From a virus (taxonomy: Duplodnaviria; Caudoviricetes): 34,613 nucleotides of DNA. Of the stretch, positions 23,293-32,242 are shown in pieces; within the stretch, counting starts at the first letter, position 1, and the number at the start of each line of letters is the position of its first letter. The notes under the pieces were generated by a model, which worked only from the letters and a program-made list of their open reading frames with translations, ran no database searches and had not been told where the DNA came from. Location: positions 1 through 34,613 of IMG/VR virus record IMGVR_UViG_3300027193_000023; one strand, given 5' to 3'. A program made the translations under genes and the position numbers.

Positions 23293-24615
23293 ATGAAGAT
23301 AGAACAAGTCGCAGTCACGGCGCTAATACCTTACGCTAAGAACAGCAGAACGCACGATGACGCACAAATTGCCCAGATAGCGGCAAGCATTAAAGAGTTT
23401 GGCTGGACTAACCCAATCCTAGTAGACGGGGAACGGGGCATCATTGCAGGCCACGGCAGGCTTATGGCGGCTAGAAAGCTAGGCATGACAGAAGTACCAG
23501 TCATTGAGCTAAAAGACCTGACACCCACGCAAAAGAAAGCCTACATCATTGCCGACAACCGATTAGCGTTGAACGCAGGGTGGGATGACCAGTTGCTAAC
23601 CATTGAGCTCAACGAATTACTTGCAGATAAGTTTAGCTTAGACTTGCTAGGATTTAATGCAGACGAGCTCAATGCGCTATTAAACCCAATTGAAATTATT
23701 GAGGGACTGACAGACGAAGATGAGATACCTGGTCCACCTCCAGATCCAATTGTTCAATCAGGAGATTTATGGATATTAGGTAACCACCGATTGCTATGTG
23801 GCGATGGTAAAGATTTTTCAAATGTTGAAATATTGCTTGATGGTCAGAAAATCAATTTAGCAATTACTTCGCCACCTTATGCATCACAAAGAACTTACGA
23901 TAAAGATTCTGGATTCAAACCAATACACCCAGATGAATTTGTTAATTGGTATCAAGACATATCATCAAATATCATGGCAAATTTGACAGATGATGGTTCG
24001 TATTTCTGTAATATCAAACCAAATGCAGAAGGATTAAAAAGAGAACTTTACGTTTTTGATTTGGTTTTGGCCCACGTAAGAGATTGGGGATGGAATTTTG
24101 CTGATGAATATTGTTGGGAAAGAAACGGAATACCTCAACAAGTAGTGACAAGGTTTAAAAATCAATTTGAACCAATTTACCATTTTACTAAAGACAAATG
24201 GAAATTTAGACCAGAATCGGTAAAGCATGAATCTAAAGCCGTTCCTAAAGCAAAAGGTAAAGGGGCTGGAGATACCAATGCAGCTAAAAGACAAGGTGTT
24301 GTGTCGGCAGTTGATGGGAATGATGTAGCAGCAGGAATGGCATACCCTGGCAACAGATTGCCTACATTTCAATCAGAAGCTTTAGGTCATCCAGCTGCAT
24401 TTCCTGTGGGATTGCCAGAATTCTTTATCAAAGCGTATACCGATGCTAAAGATGTTGTATTTGATCCATTTATGGGTAGTGGATCAAGTCTTATTGCAGC
24501 AGAAAAACATGGAAGAATGTGTTTTGGTACGGAAATAAGCCCAATGTATTGTGATCTGATCATTAAACGATGGGAAAACTTTACTGGCAAAACAGCAGTT
24601 TTATCGGAGTTATAA
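23293..24615 (+). CDS. ParB-like domain fused to a beta-class N4-C/N6-A DNA methyltransferase
   Basis: IIAGHGRL and IIADNRL (ParB-N); HRLLCGD, TSPPY (motif IV), HPAAFP, VFDPFMGSGS (motif I). Confidence 0.9.
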   Translation: MKIEQVAVTALIPYAKNSRTHDDAQIAQIAASIKEFGWTNPILVDGERGIIAGHGRLMAARKLGMTEVPVIELKDLTPTQKKAYIIADNRLALNAGWDDQLLTIELNELLADKFSLDLLGFNADELNALLNPIEIIEGLTDEDEIPGPPPDPIVQSGDLWILGNHRLLCGDGKDFSNVEILLDGQKINLAITSPPYASQRTYDKDSGFKPIHPDEFVNWYQDISSNIMANLTDDGSYFCNIKPNAEGLKRELYVFDLVLAHVRDWGWNFADEYCWERNGIPQQVVTRFKNQFEPIYHFTKDKWKFRPESVKHESKAVPKAKGKGAGDTNAAKRQGVVSAVDGNDVAAGMAYPGNRLPTFQSEALGHPAAFPVGLPEFFIKAYTDAKDVVFDPFMGSGSSLIAAEKHGRMCFGTEISPMYCDLIIKRWENFTGKTAVLSEL

Positions 24616-24619
24616 GCAA

Positions 24620-24955
24620 ATGGCTGAAAAAGGAAGGCCACCACATAAGCCAACGCAGGCAGATAGGGATACCGCAAAGCGCTTATCGGCGCTTGGTTGC
24701 CCACACGAGGACATTGCCATTCGCTTAAAAATCTCATCTGATACGTTGGTTAAGTATTATCAAGTTGAGCTTGACGAAGGCAGAATTGACGCTAACTCAG
24801 CCATTGCCGGCACGTTGTTTCAGCAAGCCAAGAACGGAAACACTCAGGCTGCTATCTTTTGGCTAAAGACTAGGGCTAGGTGGAAAGAAACAGACCGCCA
24901 CGAGATTGCTGGCGCTGATGGTCGTGACCTGGTGGTTAAATGGGCAGAGAACTAA
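24620..24955 (+). CDS. terS: Terminase small subunit
   Basis: GRPPHKPT, HTH (EDIAIRLKISSDTLVKYY), GNTQAAIFWLKTRARW; directly upstream of TerL. Confidence 0.8.
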   Translation: MAEKGRPPHKPTQADRDTAKRLSALGCPHEDIAIRLKISSDTLVKYYQVELDEGRIDANSAIAGTLFQQAKNGNTQAAIFWLKTRARWKETDRHEIAGADGRDLVVKWAEN

Positions 24956-26274
24956 TACTGCCGTACTCACCCAGACGGGTATTCAAATCATTCCACAACC
25001 GCACCGAACGTTGGGCTTGCTTGGTGGCCCATCGTCGTGCAGGCAAAACAGTTGCAGCTATAAACGACATTATCAGGGCAGGCTTGATGTGCAAAAGCCA
25101 GCAACCGTTGTTTGCTTACATTGCGCCGTATCGCAGTCAGGCTAAATCTGTAGCTTGGGATTACCTAAAACACTTTGCTGCACCTGTTCTCGCATCGAGC
25201 AACGAGGCCGAGTTAACTATCGAGCTTATAACTGGCGGCAAGATCAGATTGTTTGGCGCTGACAACGCAGATGCTATGCGTGGCCTAGGTTTTGATGGCG
25301 TGTTCATGGACGAATATGGGGACTTCAGGCCTAGCGTGTGGGGTAACGTCATTCGACCAACATTGTCAGACAAGCAGGGTTGGGCTGTGTTTGCCGGAAC
25401 GCCAAAAGGCAAGAATCAGTTTTGGCAGATATACGAAACAGCCAAAAAGAACCCTGATGAGTGGTTTCATTTAGTCCTAAAAGCTAGTGACTCTAAATTA
25501 CTGCCTGAATCAGAATTGCAAGCTGCTGCTGCACAGATTTCTCAAGACCAATTTGAGCAAGAGTATCAATGTAGTTTTGAAGCTGCCATTTTAGGGGCGT
25601 TCTATGGCGAGGAATTACGCAAGATTACAGATGCCGGTCAGGTTAGGCGTGTTGATTACGATCCGCACCTACCCACATACACGGCTTGGGACTTAGGCTA
25701 TCGTGATGACACGGCTATTTGGTGGTATCAAGTCATCCGCAACGAAATTCACATCATTGATTATTTTGCAATAAGTGGTGCAAACATTGCAGAAATAGCT
25801 AAAATAGTCGTAGAAAAGCCGTATAAATACGCAAAACATTACCTACCGCACGATGCAAGGGCTAAAACTCTAGCAGCAGCGGGTAAGTCAGTTATTGAGC
25901 AGTTGAGTGAGTATCTAGGCATTAACAACATGGCGATTGTGCCTGATCTGAGTGTGCAAGACGGGATTCAGGCGGTCAGGCAGATGTTGCCGCAATGTTG
26001 GTTTGATAGCGGACGAACGCATGACGGGCTAGAGGCTTTACGGCAATATCAGCGGGAATACGACGAGGACAAGAAGGCATTTAGGCAAACGCCCAGGCAT
26101 GATTGGACAAGCCACCCAGCAGATGCGTTCCGAATGTTGGCAATTGCGTGGAGGCTAGAGCCAAAGGTTAAGCAGCCAGATATGGTCAAGCCGTTGATTG
26201 TCGGGCCTGAGAACACAGTAACTTTGAATGATATGTGGGCAACCCACACAACAAACCGGAGTAGAAGATTATGA
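24940..26274 (+). CDS. terL: Terminase large subunit
   Basis: Walker A HRRAGKT, Walker B GVFMDE, GTPKG, nuclease motifs AWDLG and HDWTSHPADAFR. Confidence 0.95.
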   Translation: MGRELILPYSPRRVFKSFHNRTERWACLVAHRRAGKTVAAINDIIRAGLMCKSQQPLFAYIAPYRSQAKSVAWDYLKHFAAPVLASSNEAELTIELITGGKIRLFGADNADAMRGLGFDGVFMDEYGDFRPSVWGNVIRPTLSDKQGWAVFAGTPKGKNQFWQIYETAKKNPDEWFHLVLKASDSKLLPESELQAAAAQISQDQFEQEYQCSFEAAILGAFYGEELRKITDAGQVRRVDYDPHLPTYTAWDLGYRDDTAIWWYQVIRNEIHIIDYFAISGANIAEIAKIVVEKPYKYAKHYLPHDARAKTLAAAGKSVIEQLSEYLGINNMAIVPDLSVQDGIQAVRQMLPQCWFDSGRTHDGLEALRQYQREYDEDKKAFRQTPRHDWTSHPADAFRMLAIAWRLEPKVKQPDMVKPLIVGPENTVTLNDMWATHTTNRSRRL

Positions 26275-26582
26275 GCGGCGTACCACAACCTTATGAATAT
26301 CAATACGAACACGTTGCAGCAAGTCAGACCGCACAAGTTTTAGGCGGCACAGGCGCAGTTGGTGACTATTTACATCGTTTAATTTGTACTGTTGCCACAG
26401 CGGCAACAGGTGGCGTTACCATCGTCGATGGCTCATTCTCGCACGTTCTTTTGCCAGCAGTAGCGGGAACAGGCGTTAACGTCTACAACATTGAAGTAAA
26501 CGCTATTTCTCGTAGCGGGCCGTGGAAGGTCACAACTGGCGCAGGCGTAGAAGTAATAGCTGTTGGCATTTTCAGCGCATGA
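26271..26582 (+). CDS. Small beta-rich hypothetical (possibly virion) protein
   Basis: 103 aa, ATGA overlaps on both sides. Confidence 0.6.
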   Translation: MSGVPQPYEYQYEHVAASQTAQVLGGTGAVGDYLHRLICTVATAATGGVTIVDGSFSHVLLPAVAGTGVNVYNIEVNAISRSGPWKVTTGAGVEVIAVGIFSA

Positions 26583-27169
26583 TCGTAGCGAGCGTATTGC
26601 GGTCAGGCGGTGATTTTAAGCCTGAACACGTCTATGCGCTGCAAAAGATGTGCGCTAAGTATCTGCCACCGCATGAGTTTGTGTGCCTGTCAGACGTTGA
26701 TCTAAAGTGCAAAACCATCCCTTTGATGCATGACTGGGTTGGTTGGTGGGCAAAGATGGAGTTGTTTCGGCTACCAAGTGCGCTGTACTTTGATCTTGAT
26801 ACGGTGCTAACTGGTGACTGTACGGTAATGATCGAGGCGGCAAAACAGCACGATTTTGTGATTATGCGTGACGTTTATCGGGGTCAATACAACCCAAAAG
26901 CGATGCAGTCGAGCATGATGTATTGGTCGAAACCTGTTGATTTGTACGACAAGTTTGCCGCATTACAGATGTATACAGCGGGTGGCGACCAGGCTTACAT
27001 AGAACACTTTATGCGGGACAAAGTGACGTACTGGCAAGATATTTGTGATGGAATTGTGAGCTTCAAGGCTGATGTGCTGCCCAAAGGGGTAGACGATGCC
27101 AAGGTTGTGATCTTTCACGGTAAACCAAGACCGTGGGAACAAACAAGGATACCGTATGAAATTGGTTGA
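26579..27169 (+). CDS. GT-A fold glycosyltransferase (GT8-like)
   Basis: GWWAKMELF, YFDLD (DxD), GDQAYI, VIFHGKPRPW; start MIVASV at an ATGA overlap. Confidence 0.82.
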   Translation: MIVASVLRSGGDFKPEHVYALQKMCAKYLPPHEFVCLSDVDLKCKTIPLMHDWVGWWAKMELFRLPSALYFDLDTVLTGDCTVMIEAAKQHDFVIMRDVYRGQYNPKAMQSSMMYWSKPVDLYDKFAALQMYTAGGDQAYIEHFMRDKVTYWQDICDGIVSFKADVLPKGVDDAKVVIFHGKPRPWEQTRIPYEIG

Positions 27170-27767
27170 AGGTTGGCAAGTTCCTGACATAGACGAGTGT
27201 TGCATTAACGCACTCTTGGTTGAGCTGCCAGACTTAAATGTGAGTTATACCCACATGAACCAGTTCCGCACAGTCATTCAGGCCGGTGGCAATATCGGTG
27301 TTTATCCCGCTACGATGGCAGGGCAATTTGAGCGTGTGATTACAGTAGAGCCTGATTTAACCAATTACCAAGCGTTGCTGCTAAACGTTGCAGGCCATGA
27401 CAACATTGAGCATCATTGGGCTGCATTTGGTGACAAAATTGGCACAGCGTCAGTCGATCACCCATACCCTGAGAACATTGGGGCGCATCAGTTAAAGGCA
27501 GGCAACGATGTGCAAGTTATACCAATTGATGCTTTAGAGGTTGATGATTGCGACTTTATTCAGTTAGACATTGAAGGTTATGAGCATTTGGCTTTGCTTG
27601 GCGCAGAACGCACAATCAAAAAGACACACCCAGTTATCACGCTCGAGCTTAAAGGCTTGGGCAGTCGGTACGGGTACAGCGACGAGGACACAATCAACCT
27701 ACTCCAAGATTGGGGCTACGAGATTGTCGGGCGGGTAAACCGTGACGTAATTTTTGCGAGATACTAA
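27156..27767 (+). CDS. FkbM-family SAM-dependent methyltransferase
   Basis: VIQAGGNIG, TVEPD, DFIQLDIEGYE, GAERTIKKTHPVITLE. Confidence 0.88.
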   Translation: MKLVEGWQVPDIDECCINALLVELPDLNVSYTHMNQFRTVIQAGGNIGVYPATMAGQFERVITVEPDLTNYQALLLNVAGHDNIEHHWAAFGDKIGTASVDHPYPENIGAHQLKAGNDVQVIPIDALEVDDCDFIQLDIEGYEHLALLGAERTIKKTHPVITLELKGLGSRYGYSDEDTINLLQDWGYEIVGRVNRDVIFARY

Positions 27768-30114
27768 GATGGAAGCATTGACTGGTGTTCAAAAGTGGCT
27801 AAACGTAATCAGCCAATACGACAATGAGTTCAAAAAATGGGAGGCTCGTACAAATAAGATTGTGAGGCGTTACCGTGATGACAACCGCAATCAGAACACC
27901 AACGAAACCGCTAAATTCAACATTCTGTGGTCTAACGTACAGACGTTGATCCCTGCCGTATATGCTAGGCTACCAAAGGCTGACGTATCTCGACGCTTTG
28001 GGGATAACGACCCAGTTGCCCGTGTTGCTAGTCAATTGATCGAACGTGCCTTGGACTTTGAGATCGAGCATTACACCGATTTCAGATCGACCATGAAACA
28101 CGCAGTTGAGGACAGGTTCTTGGGTGGTCGAGGCGTGGCATGGGTGCGCTACGAGCCGCACGTTCGGGCGCAAGACATTCCTGAAGATGGACTGCAAATA
28201 ACCGAAGATGTTGACGAGGTTGACAGTACAGGTCAGCAAGTCAAGACTGCTATGACGCTTGATGGCGCTATGGGTGAGGAAGTCGAGCCACAAGAGGAAA
28301 TTGAGTACGAGTGTGCGCCTACCGATTACGTTCATTGGAAAGACTTTGGACATTCGGTTGCCCGTACATGGGAGGAAGTCACTCAAGTCTGGCGCTGGGT
28401 GTACATGACCAAAGACAGCCTAATCGAACGCTTTGGCGAGGAAACGGCTAAATCCATTCCCTTGGATGCAGGGCCTGAAACCAATAAGCAGTATTCGACC
28501 CAATCCAAAGACTTCACACGGGCTAAGATTTGCGAGCTTTGGGACAAAGAAAGCGGCAAAGTGTACTGGATCAGCAAGAGTTGCCCAAACATTCTTGACG
28601 AGCGTGACGATCCGTTAGAGTTGGAAAACTTCTTTCCGTGTGCCAAACCTTTGTACGCCACGATGACGAGCGACACGCTTGTACCTGTGCCTGACTTTGT
28701 GCTGTATCAAGACCAAGCGACAGACCTAGACATTTTGACTGATCGCATTGACGGGTTAGTTAAGGCGTTGCGTGTGCGTGGGGTCTATGACGCATCACAA
28801 CCTACCTTGCAGCGTCTTTTGACTGAGGGCGACAACAACACGTTGATCCCAGTTGATAAGTGGATGGCGTTCTCTGAAAAGGGTGGATTAAAGGGGTCGA
28901 TTGACTTGTTGCCAATTGATGTGATGGCGGCAACGCTCATGCAATGCTATCGAGCAATGAATGAAATCAAAACCCAAATCTATGAAATCACAGGTATTAG
29001 TGACATTATTCGGGGACAGGGACAAGCCTCTGAAACCGCTACGGCACAACAGATTAAGGGTCAGTATGCAGGATTGCGCTTGCGCTCGATGCAAGAAGAT
29101 GTTGCCCTGTTTGCGAGTGAGCTATTCCAGTTAAAAGCACAGGTTATTTGCACTAAATTCCAGCCCACAACGATCCTTATGTACGCTGCCGCACAAGGTA
29201 TGCAGCCGGCAGATCAGGCGCTGATTCCACAAGCCTTGCAGTTAATCCAAGACAAGCCGCTACGCTCGTTCCGCATCCAAGTGGATTCAGATAGCCTGGT
29301 GCAGATCGACGAGAATCAAAACAAACGTGAGCGAGTTGAGTTCTTGCAAGCAATGGGTGGGTTCTTGACGCAAGCGTTGCCAATGGGTCAACAAGCGCCA
29401 GAGTTAGTGCCTATGCTGATCGAGTTGGTTAAGTTTGGCGTTGGCGCATACAAGAAAGCCGCACCGATTGAGGGTACGATTGACCAGGCGATGCAAGAGT
29501 TGCAGATGAAACAGCAACAGATGGCGCAGCAGCCACCACCGCCAAACCCTGAAGTCATGAAAATGCAGGCAGAGCAGCAGTTTGAGCAAATGAAGATGCA
29601 AGCTCAAGCCCAAAACGAGCAAATGAAGATGCAGGCCACGGCGCAGGCTGAACAACTGAGGGCGCAAGCCGATATTCAGGTTGCCCAAGCCAAAGCGCAG
29701 GCTGATGTGCAGATGCATCAAATGAAACTGCAAGCAGATGCTCAACTTGAGGCGCAAAAACAACAGTATATGCAGGCAATGGAACAAGCCAAGTTGCAAG
29801 CTGCCGAACAGTTAGAGAAATGGAAAACTGAGCTAGAGTCTGCAACCAAGATCATGGTGGCTAGGATTGGGGCGAACCCAGGCTTAGACTTGCCATTGCT
29901 TGAGGCTCAAGAGGCTGCAAGCACGAAGATTGCCGCAGAACTGGGTGACAATGTGACGCAAGCCATGAACCGCATGGTGCAGATGCACGACAACATGAGC
30001 AATATGCACAACACCGCAATGGATAAAATCAACGGCGTGATGACTGTTATTGCAGCGCCTAAGAAGATTATCCGTGGCGCAGACGGGAGAGCCGCAGGGG
30101 TTGAGCTTGCATGA
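27754..30114 (+). CDS. Portal protein with long Gln-rich C-terminal coiled coil (start may be 27769)
   Basis: Position after TerL; IYEITGISDIIRG and ETATAQQIK as in P22-like portals; helical barrel-like tail. Confidence 0.85.
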   Translation: MRDTKMEALTGVQKWLNVISQYDNEFKKWEARTNKIVRRYRDDNRNQNTNETAKFNILWSNVQTLIPAVYARLPKADVSRRFGDNDPVARVASQLIERALDFEIEHYTDFRSTMKHAVEDRFLGGRGVAWVRYEPHVRAQDIPEDGLQITEDVDEVDSTGQQVKTAMTLDGAMGEEVEPQEEIEYECAPTDYVHWKDFGHSVARTWEEVTQVWRWVYMTKDSLIERFGEETAKSIPLDAGPETNKQYSTQSKDFTRAKICELWDKESGKVYWISKSCPNILDERDDPLELENFFPCAKPLYATMTSDTLVPVPDFVLYQDQATDLDILTDRIDGLVKALRVRGVYDASQPTLQRLLTEGDNNTLIPVDKWMAFSEKGGLKGSIDLLPIDVMAATLMQCYRAMNEIKTQIYEITGISDIIRGQGQASETATAQQIKGQYAGLRLRSMQEDVALFASELFQLKAQVICTKFQPTTILMYAAAQGMQPADQALIPQALQLIQDKPLRSFRIQVDSDSLVQIDENQNKRERVEFLQAMGGFLTQALPMGQQAPELVPMLIELVKFGVGAYKKAAPIEGTIDQAMQELQMKQQQMAQQPPPPNPEVMKMQAEQQFEQMKMQAQAQNEQMKMQATAQAEQLRAQADIQVAQAKAQADVQMHQMKLQADAQLEAQKQQYMQAMEQAKLQAAEQLEKWKTELESATKIMVARIGANPGLDLPLLEAQEAASTKIAAELGDNVTQAMNRMVQMHDNMSNMHNTAMDKINGVMTVIAAPKKIIRGADGRAAGVELA

Positions 30115-30470
30115 ACGGGTATTGGGACACCGGAACGTGGGACGATGCCACATGGGACTATGTACCCGTCCTAATTGACGTTGACACCCACGATGGCGTT
30201 GATCGCAAGAAAAGGGAAGAAGAACACCGCAAGGCAGAGGCAGCAAAGGCAAAAGCAAGGCGAGATGAGGTTTTAGCGTTATTTGAGCAAATAGTAGAGG
30301 GTAAACCAAGGATTGCAGAGGAAATTGCAGAACCGTTTGTCATTGAGGCTACAGCCCAAGCGCCAGCGGCAATCAATTACGATGCGATGTTGGCTGATTT
30401 AGATCGGGTAAACCGGATTTACAACGAACACATAGAAATGGATGATGAGGACGTTATAGCTCTGTTATGA
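30111..30470 (+). CDS. Hypothetical protein
   Basis: WDTGTWDDATWD N-terminus and DDEDVIALL C-terminus. Confidence 0.65.
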   Translation: MNGYWDTGTWDDATWDYVPVLIDVDTHDGVDRKKREEEHRKAEAAKAKARRDEVLALFEQIVEGKPRIAEEIAEPFVIEATAQAPAAINYDAMLADLDRVNRIYNEHIEMDDEDVIALL

Positions 30471-30787
30471 AAAAAACTTACATATACGTTAATGGCGAAC
30501 TGGTTGAGAAAGGCTCAAAAGAGCATTACGAGAGCCTTGGCCCAATGGTGATGCCAGACATTCAACCCTACAAATCCATGATTGACGGGTCAATGATTAC
30601 GAGCCGGTCAATTCATCGAGAACACTTGCGCCAACATAATTGCTTTGAAGTAGGCAATGAGAAGATGGAAACCAAGTTGCCACCGCCTGTTGACACACGC
30701 AGGGAAGTCATGCGGCAGCAGCTGGCGAATATGACGCATAAACAGGCAAATCAAGTTCTTTCACAACTACGCCGTAAATTTACCTAA
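30467..30787 (+). CDS. Hypothetical phage protein (head module)
   Basis: VMPDIQPYKSMIDGSMITSRS..REHLRQHNCFEVGNE. Confidence 0.7.
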   Translation: MKKTYIYVNGELVEKGSKEHYESLGPMVMPDIQPYKSMIDGSMITSRSIHREHLRQHNCFEVGNEKMETKLPPPVDTRREVMRQQLANMTHKQANQVLSQLRRKFT

Positions 30788-30793
30788 AGGGGT

Positions 30794-31714
30794 ATGCAAT
30801 TGGAAAATACTGAACAGCCAGATCGTCGAGAATTACTGTCACAGCAGTTCGATGAGGTTCAGAATGAAGCACCAGTCGAGGCAGTAAGGACGCAGGAACA
30901 ACCCAATCTTGAGCCACCGGCAGAGCCACCAGTTTGGGAAAGACCGCCGGCATCGTGGAAGAAGGATTATCACGAAGCCTGGACAACCGCTGATCCAAAG
31001 CTGAAAGAATACGCTTGGAAACGTGAAGAAGAAATGAGAGCAGGGGTTCAGCCTTTGCTTACTAAAGCTCAATATGCTGACCAAATGCAGCAAGCCATTG
31101 AGCCGTACATGAACAACATTCGTGGTTTAGGCATTGAAGCACCACAGGCTGTCAAAGCCTTGATGGAAGCTGATAACGTCTTGCGCCACGGTTCGCCACA
31201 ACAGAAACAAGCATATTTTGCCCAATTAGCCCAACAGTACGGGATCAACATGGGCGATGTGCAGATTCAACCTACTGATCCCAATTTTTACGCCATTCAA
31301 AACGAGCTTGCACAAGTTCGTGGCGAGGTGTTAAATTGGAAGCAAGCGCAGGAAAATGCACAGAATGAAGCACTTTTGAGCGAAATTAACCAGTTTCAAT
31401 CAAAAGCAGAGTATTTTGAGGAAGCTCGTCCAACAATGATCCAACTGCTTAACAGCGGTGTGGCGAAGGACTTGGATGATGCGTACCAAAAGGCAATACG
31501 CCTAGATAACGACCTGTTTACAAAACATCAGCAAGCCTCACAGGGTCAAGCAGATGCAGCGAAACGGGAAGCATCGAACAGAGCGGCGAAAGCAGCTAGG
31601 GCGGCAGCGGTCAGCGTTAAATCCTCGACACCAGGGGCGGCAACGAGTACCAAAGCGCAAGATAGGCGTTCATTATTGATGGAACAGTTTGACAATCTTA
31701 ATGAGCGTTTTTGA
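30794..31714 (+). CDS. Scaffolding protein
   Basis: Acidic and helical, PPASWKK motif, immediately upstream of the capsid gene. Confidence 0.75.
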   Translation: MQLENTEQPDRRELLSQQFDEVQNEAPVEAVRTQEQPNLEPPAEPPVWERPPASWKKDYHEAWTTADPKLKEYAWKREEEMRAGVQPLLTKAQYADQMQQAIEPYMNNIRGLGIEAPQAVKALMEADNVLRHGSPQQKQAYFAQLAQQYGINMGDVQIQPTDPNFYAIQNELAQVRGEVLNWKQAQENAQNEALLSEINQFQSKAEYFEEARPTMIQLLNSGVAKDLDDAYQKAIRLDNDLFTKHQQASQGQADAAKREASNRAAKAARAAAVSVKSSTPGAATSTKAQDRRSLLMEQFDNLNERF

Positions 31715-31734
31715 TAACCTAATCGGAGATTACT

Positions 31735-31982
31735 ATGGCATTTGCCAATAGCTCGATCAGCGACATCATTGCGACTAACATTCAAAGCCGCACGGGTGAA
31801 CTTGCTGACAACGTAACAAACAACAACGCTTTACTGCGCCGTTTGAAAGAACGTGGCAACGTAAAGACGTTTTCTGGCGGTAACGTGATTTTGCAAGAGA
31901 TCATGTACAACGACGCTGCAACTGACAACACTAATAGCTATTCAGGCTATGAAGTTTTAAATGTTTCGCAAAACAGTCCCAT
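31735..31982 (+). CDS. Major capsid protein, exon 1
   Basis: GGAG SD; MAFANSSISDIIAT...LADNVTNNNALL...YSGYEVLNVSQNSP(I); the unspliced frame stops at 32019 inside the intron. Confidence 0.9.
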
Positions 31983-32242
31983 TGACGAATTAGTGGCCTT
32001 GCAGAGTAATCTGCATTGAATAACTTTGTGAATTCGGTGAAACTCTGACCATTAAGTTGAAGACAATACCGAGCCAAGCCCAGAGATGGGAAGGTGTAAC
32101 GACTAGGGTGTGACTACCCGTAGAGCCAAGTGGCTCGAAGTGCAAAGAACCCTACGGGGTTGTGAGATAGTCTGCTCTGCATAGAAATATGCAGCAGTCC
32201 GAAAGGGCGGCAAGAAATTAACGACTTCTTGTGAACATTTGG
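31983..32242 (+). ncRNA. Group I self-splicing intron, 260 nt, ORF-less, IA-like (P7.1/P7.2 present)
   Basis: P1 with U31982.G31993; P3 CUUUGU/GCAAAG; P4 UUCGGU/ACCGAG; P7 GACUA(32101)/UAGUC(32168); P8 with UACG loop; P9 with GAAA loop; terminal G32242; excision restores the frame. Confidence 0.93.

Noticed and set aside
29500-29820. Repeats such as GAGCAAATGAAGATGCA as a CRISPR-like array
   Set aside because: In-frame Gln/Met/Ala coiled-coil repeats in the portal; no repeat-spacer periodicity and no cas genes.
287-31785. Numerous antisense and alternate-frame ORFs in the track (for example 1806..2273, 8687..9031, 27970..28386)
   Set aside because: Shadows of well-supported, tightly packed genes; no motifs or ribosome-binding sites.
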